Positions 39,916 through 41,528 of a stretch of 41,528 nucleotides of DNA are shown in pieces (position 1 is the first letter of the stretch; every line of letters starts with the position of its first letter). Below the pieces are notes generated by a model. It was not told the origin of the DNA. It was given only the letters and a program-made list of their open reading frames with translations, and did no database searches. The position numbers were made by a program, and so were the translations under genes. This DNA comes from a virus, in IMG/VR virus record IMGVR_UViG_3300042945_000290. One strand, given 5' to 3'.

Positions 39916-40235
39916 TATTTGATTGCTCCTATTCGTTTGAGTAAATCATCTGGATTTTCCAGACGAACGATTGTTCCTCTGCCACCTGTGTCTGGTGACG
40001 AAAGATTGGGGAAGAACTTCTCCGCTTGTAAGCGGGTGTTGAACTCACCCCATGCCTGAACTGGAACCCAATCTGCCAATCTTGCTACGACAATAAACGA
40101 TTCTCGCTTCAGCCTAGATTTATCTAGTGCCTCAATGATTTCAGTCGCTAGTTCCGCAGCATCTTCGGAGTTCTCAGCATCTGGATCCAGTAGCTTTGCT
40201 ACTAGTTTTACTTCTGTTGGACGTGGCTTGCCCAT
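39915..40235 (-). CDS. hypothetical protein (106 aa)
   Basis: I chose the internal ATG at 40235 because of its TGATG coupling to the 43-aa ORF. Confidence 0.7.
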   Translation of the reverse strand: MGKPRPTEVKLVAKLLDPDAENSEDAAELATEIIEALDKSRLKRESFIVVARLADWVPVQAWGEFNTRLQAEKFFPNLSSPDTGGRGTIVRLENPDDLLKRIGAIK

Positions 40236-40366
40236 CAGTAGTTCTTCATGCACTGAATGTACTGTTGATGGTACGCCAATGCCTCTTCTGCTTCACGTTC
40301 AGTCCTACGTTCTATCTCTGCATTGCAGTATGGACAAATAAGGATTACGCTACTTAGGTATATCAT
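40235..40366 (-). CDS. small hypothetical protein (43 aa, not in ORF track)
   Basis: Product: MIYLSSVILICPYCNAEIERRTEREAEEALAYHQQYIQCMKNY. ATGA overlap upstream and TGATG overlap downstream. Confidence 0.45.
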   Translation of the reverse strand: MIYLSSVILICPYCNAEIERRTEREAEEALAYHQQYIQCMKNY

Positions 40367-40593
40367 ATTTTCTCCTTTACCACTGTATGTTTCTTGGTAA
40401 TGATGTCGCAGTTATCACCATTAGGTTCATGGTAATACATGTGAGCACCAGCCATGAACAAGACTTCTTGTTCAGTATCACCGCTGCCCATGGTGTCGTG
40501 ATACGGACAGTACCACGACCACCCAGCCAATTGTTTAACCTGCAAACTAGGTGGTCTAGTCTGCAGGATTTCTTTACTTAGTAACTTACCCAT
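40363..40593 (-). CDS. hypothetical protein (76 aa)
   Basis: I chose the internal ATG at 40593 with GGAG 7 nt upstream. Confidence 0.7.
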   Translation of the reverse strand: MGKLLSKEILQTRPPSLQVKQLAGWSWYCPYHDTMGSGDTEQEVLFMAGAHMYYHEPNGDNCDIITKKHTVVKEKI

Positions 40594-40819
40594 TTGCTGT
40601 CTCCTCTGGAGATAGAACCACAATGTCTACCATTGCTTCCTCTGCCTCCTGATGTATGTCCGACTCTATAAGTTCGGGCTGGTCTTTCTCACCTGCATAA
40701 ATATGCAGGTGATCTAGAGCCTTGATTATATAGTTAGCAACACGAACGGATATGCTTGGTTGTGCATATGGCGTTGGATTATCCAGCGCATCTGCATATT
40801 TTTGTAATGGATTCTCCAT
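40586..40819 (-). CDS. hypothetical acidic protein (77 aa)
   Basis: TAATG overlap with the DUF932-like gene. Confidence 0.75.
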   Translation of the reverse strand: MENPLQKYADALDNPTPYAQPSISVRVANYIIKALDHLHIYAGEKDQPELIESDIHQEAEEAMVDIVVLSPEETANG

Positions 40820-41528
40820 TAGATTCCTTTCGTTAGTAGGTCAAGAGCTTTGCTCTTAATACGGTCAGCCGAACCAGTGATGATGCGCTCGGCTCTAACT
40901 GAATCAGCCTTGTGACTGTAGTGATCTGCATACTCCACGATAGATTGGAACACACCGAACCTAGTTCCATTTAGTTCTTCCTGAGTACCAGTCTCACCAC
41001 GATAGATTGCTTTAGCAGTAGCACGAGCCACTGTTGCTGAGTTGTACTGACGCTTCTGTCCTGCACTTAGCAGTGCATAAGGTGAGTTCTCAATGATGTT
41101 TGGTATAGACCACATCTTATTAAAGATGGCATCCACTTCTGCATCTGAGATCTTCTCGTTGATAAGTTTGTTACCGATAAGTTCGTAGAACTTGATACCT
41201 TCATAGGTAACTGGGATGATGCGCTTGATATCTTCGATCTTGAACTCAGCATTGGTTGTGTGCTTGAGTGTGTATGTACCAGTCTTAGCGAAGATGCCAG
41301 CAATCTGATTAGTGCAGCGTAATCTAGTTACACTAGGTGATATCTGCAGTGCAGTTGAACCATCATGGGAAGTTCTTGCTACAAGGTAGCAAGCATGTGG
41401 ATCATTGGCTATCTTAACTTCGTTAGGTAGCTCGAGCACCATGTATACCTGCGCTCCACCTTTAACCTCACCAGCAAATGCATACCTTGCATCTCCTGAA
41501 TCAACCAGTGCATCTAGACCTGAGAACA
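40819..41528 (-). CDS. DUF932-like phage/plasmid protein, C-terminal part (frame open to the window end; N-terminus at 398..1)
   Basis: The track's MVLELPNEV start is an internal Met, and the frame continues through the 127-bp repeat. SPSVTRLRCTNQI and YTLKHTTNA are typical of the family as I recall it. Confidence 0.7.
   Translation of the reverse strand, partial: FSGLDALVDSGDARYAFAGEVKGGAQVYMVLELPNEVKIANDPHACYLVARTSHDGSTALQISPSVTRLRCTNQIAGIFAKTGTYTLKHTTNAEFKIEDIKRIIPVTYEGIKFYELIGNKLINEKISDAEVDAIFNKMWSIPNIIENSPYALLSAGQKRQYNSATVARATAKAIYRGETGTQEELNGTRFGVFQSIVEYADHYSHKADSVRAERIITGSADRIKSKALDLLTKGI
41402..41528. repeat. Terminal direct repeat, copy 2
   Basis: Identical to 1..127. Confidence 0.95.

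Overview
The window is a complete, circularly closed dsDNA phage genome. Bases 1..127 are identical to 41402..41528, leaving 41,401 bp of unique sequence, and a DUF932-like gene reads through the junction. Genes form two blocks. A leftward block of about 25 small, mostly orphan early genes runs from 5019 down through the junction to 39736. A rightward block runs from 5351 to 39720. The rightward block contains: (1) one orphan gene between a near-consensus promoter and two terminators; (2) a structured C-rich region followed by a large terminase with an N-terminal HTH; (3) portal, a block of large virion proteins (three carry LysM domains, one is 1652 aa), scaffold and capsid; (4) a run of very basic micro-proteins, then tail and fibre genes; (5) a lysis cassette; (6) a replication and regulation module: Cas4-like nuclease, DnaB-like ATPase, WhiB, Holliday junction resolvase, primase, endonuclease VII, sigma factor and glycosyltransferase. 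WhiB points to an actinobacterial host. I saw no integrase, repressor, DNA polymerase, small terminase, tail tube/sheath, tRNA or CRISPR array. Gene junctions are mostly overlapping stop/start codons (TAATG, ATGA). The main oddities are: two replication genes split at domain boundaries by inserted ORFs, one of them an HslV/proteasome-beta-like peptidase; a spanin-like overlapping membrane-protein/lipoprotein pair in a WhiB-carrying phage; three LysM paralogues plus histone-H1-like and Lys-rich micro-proteins in the virion module; and a thrice-repeated palindromic promoter/operator-like motif in the early operon. All family names come from motif recognition by eye. No searches were run.
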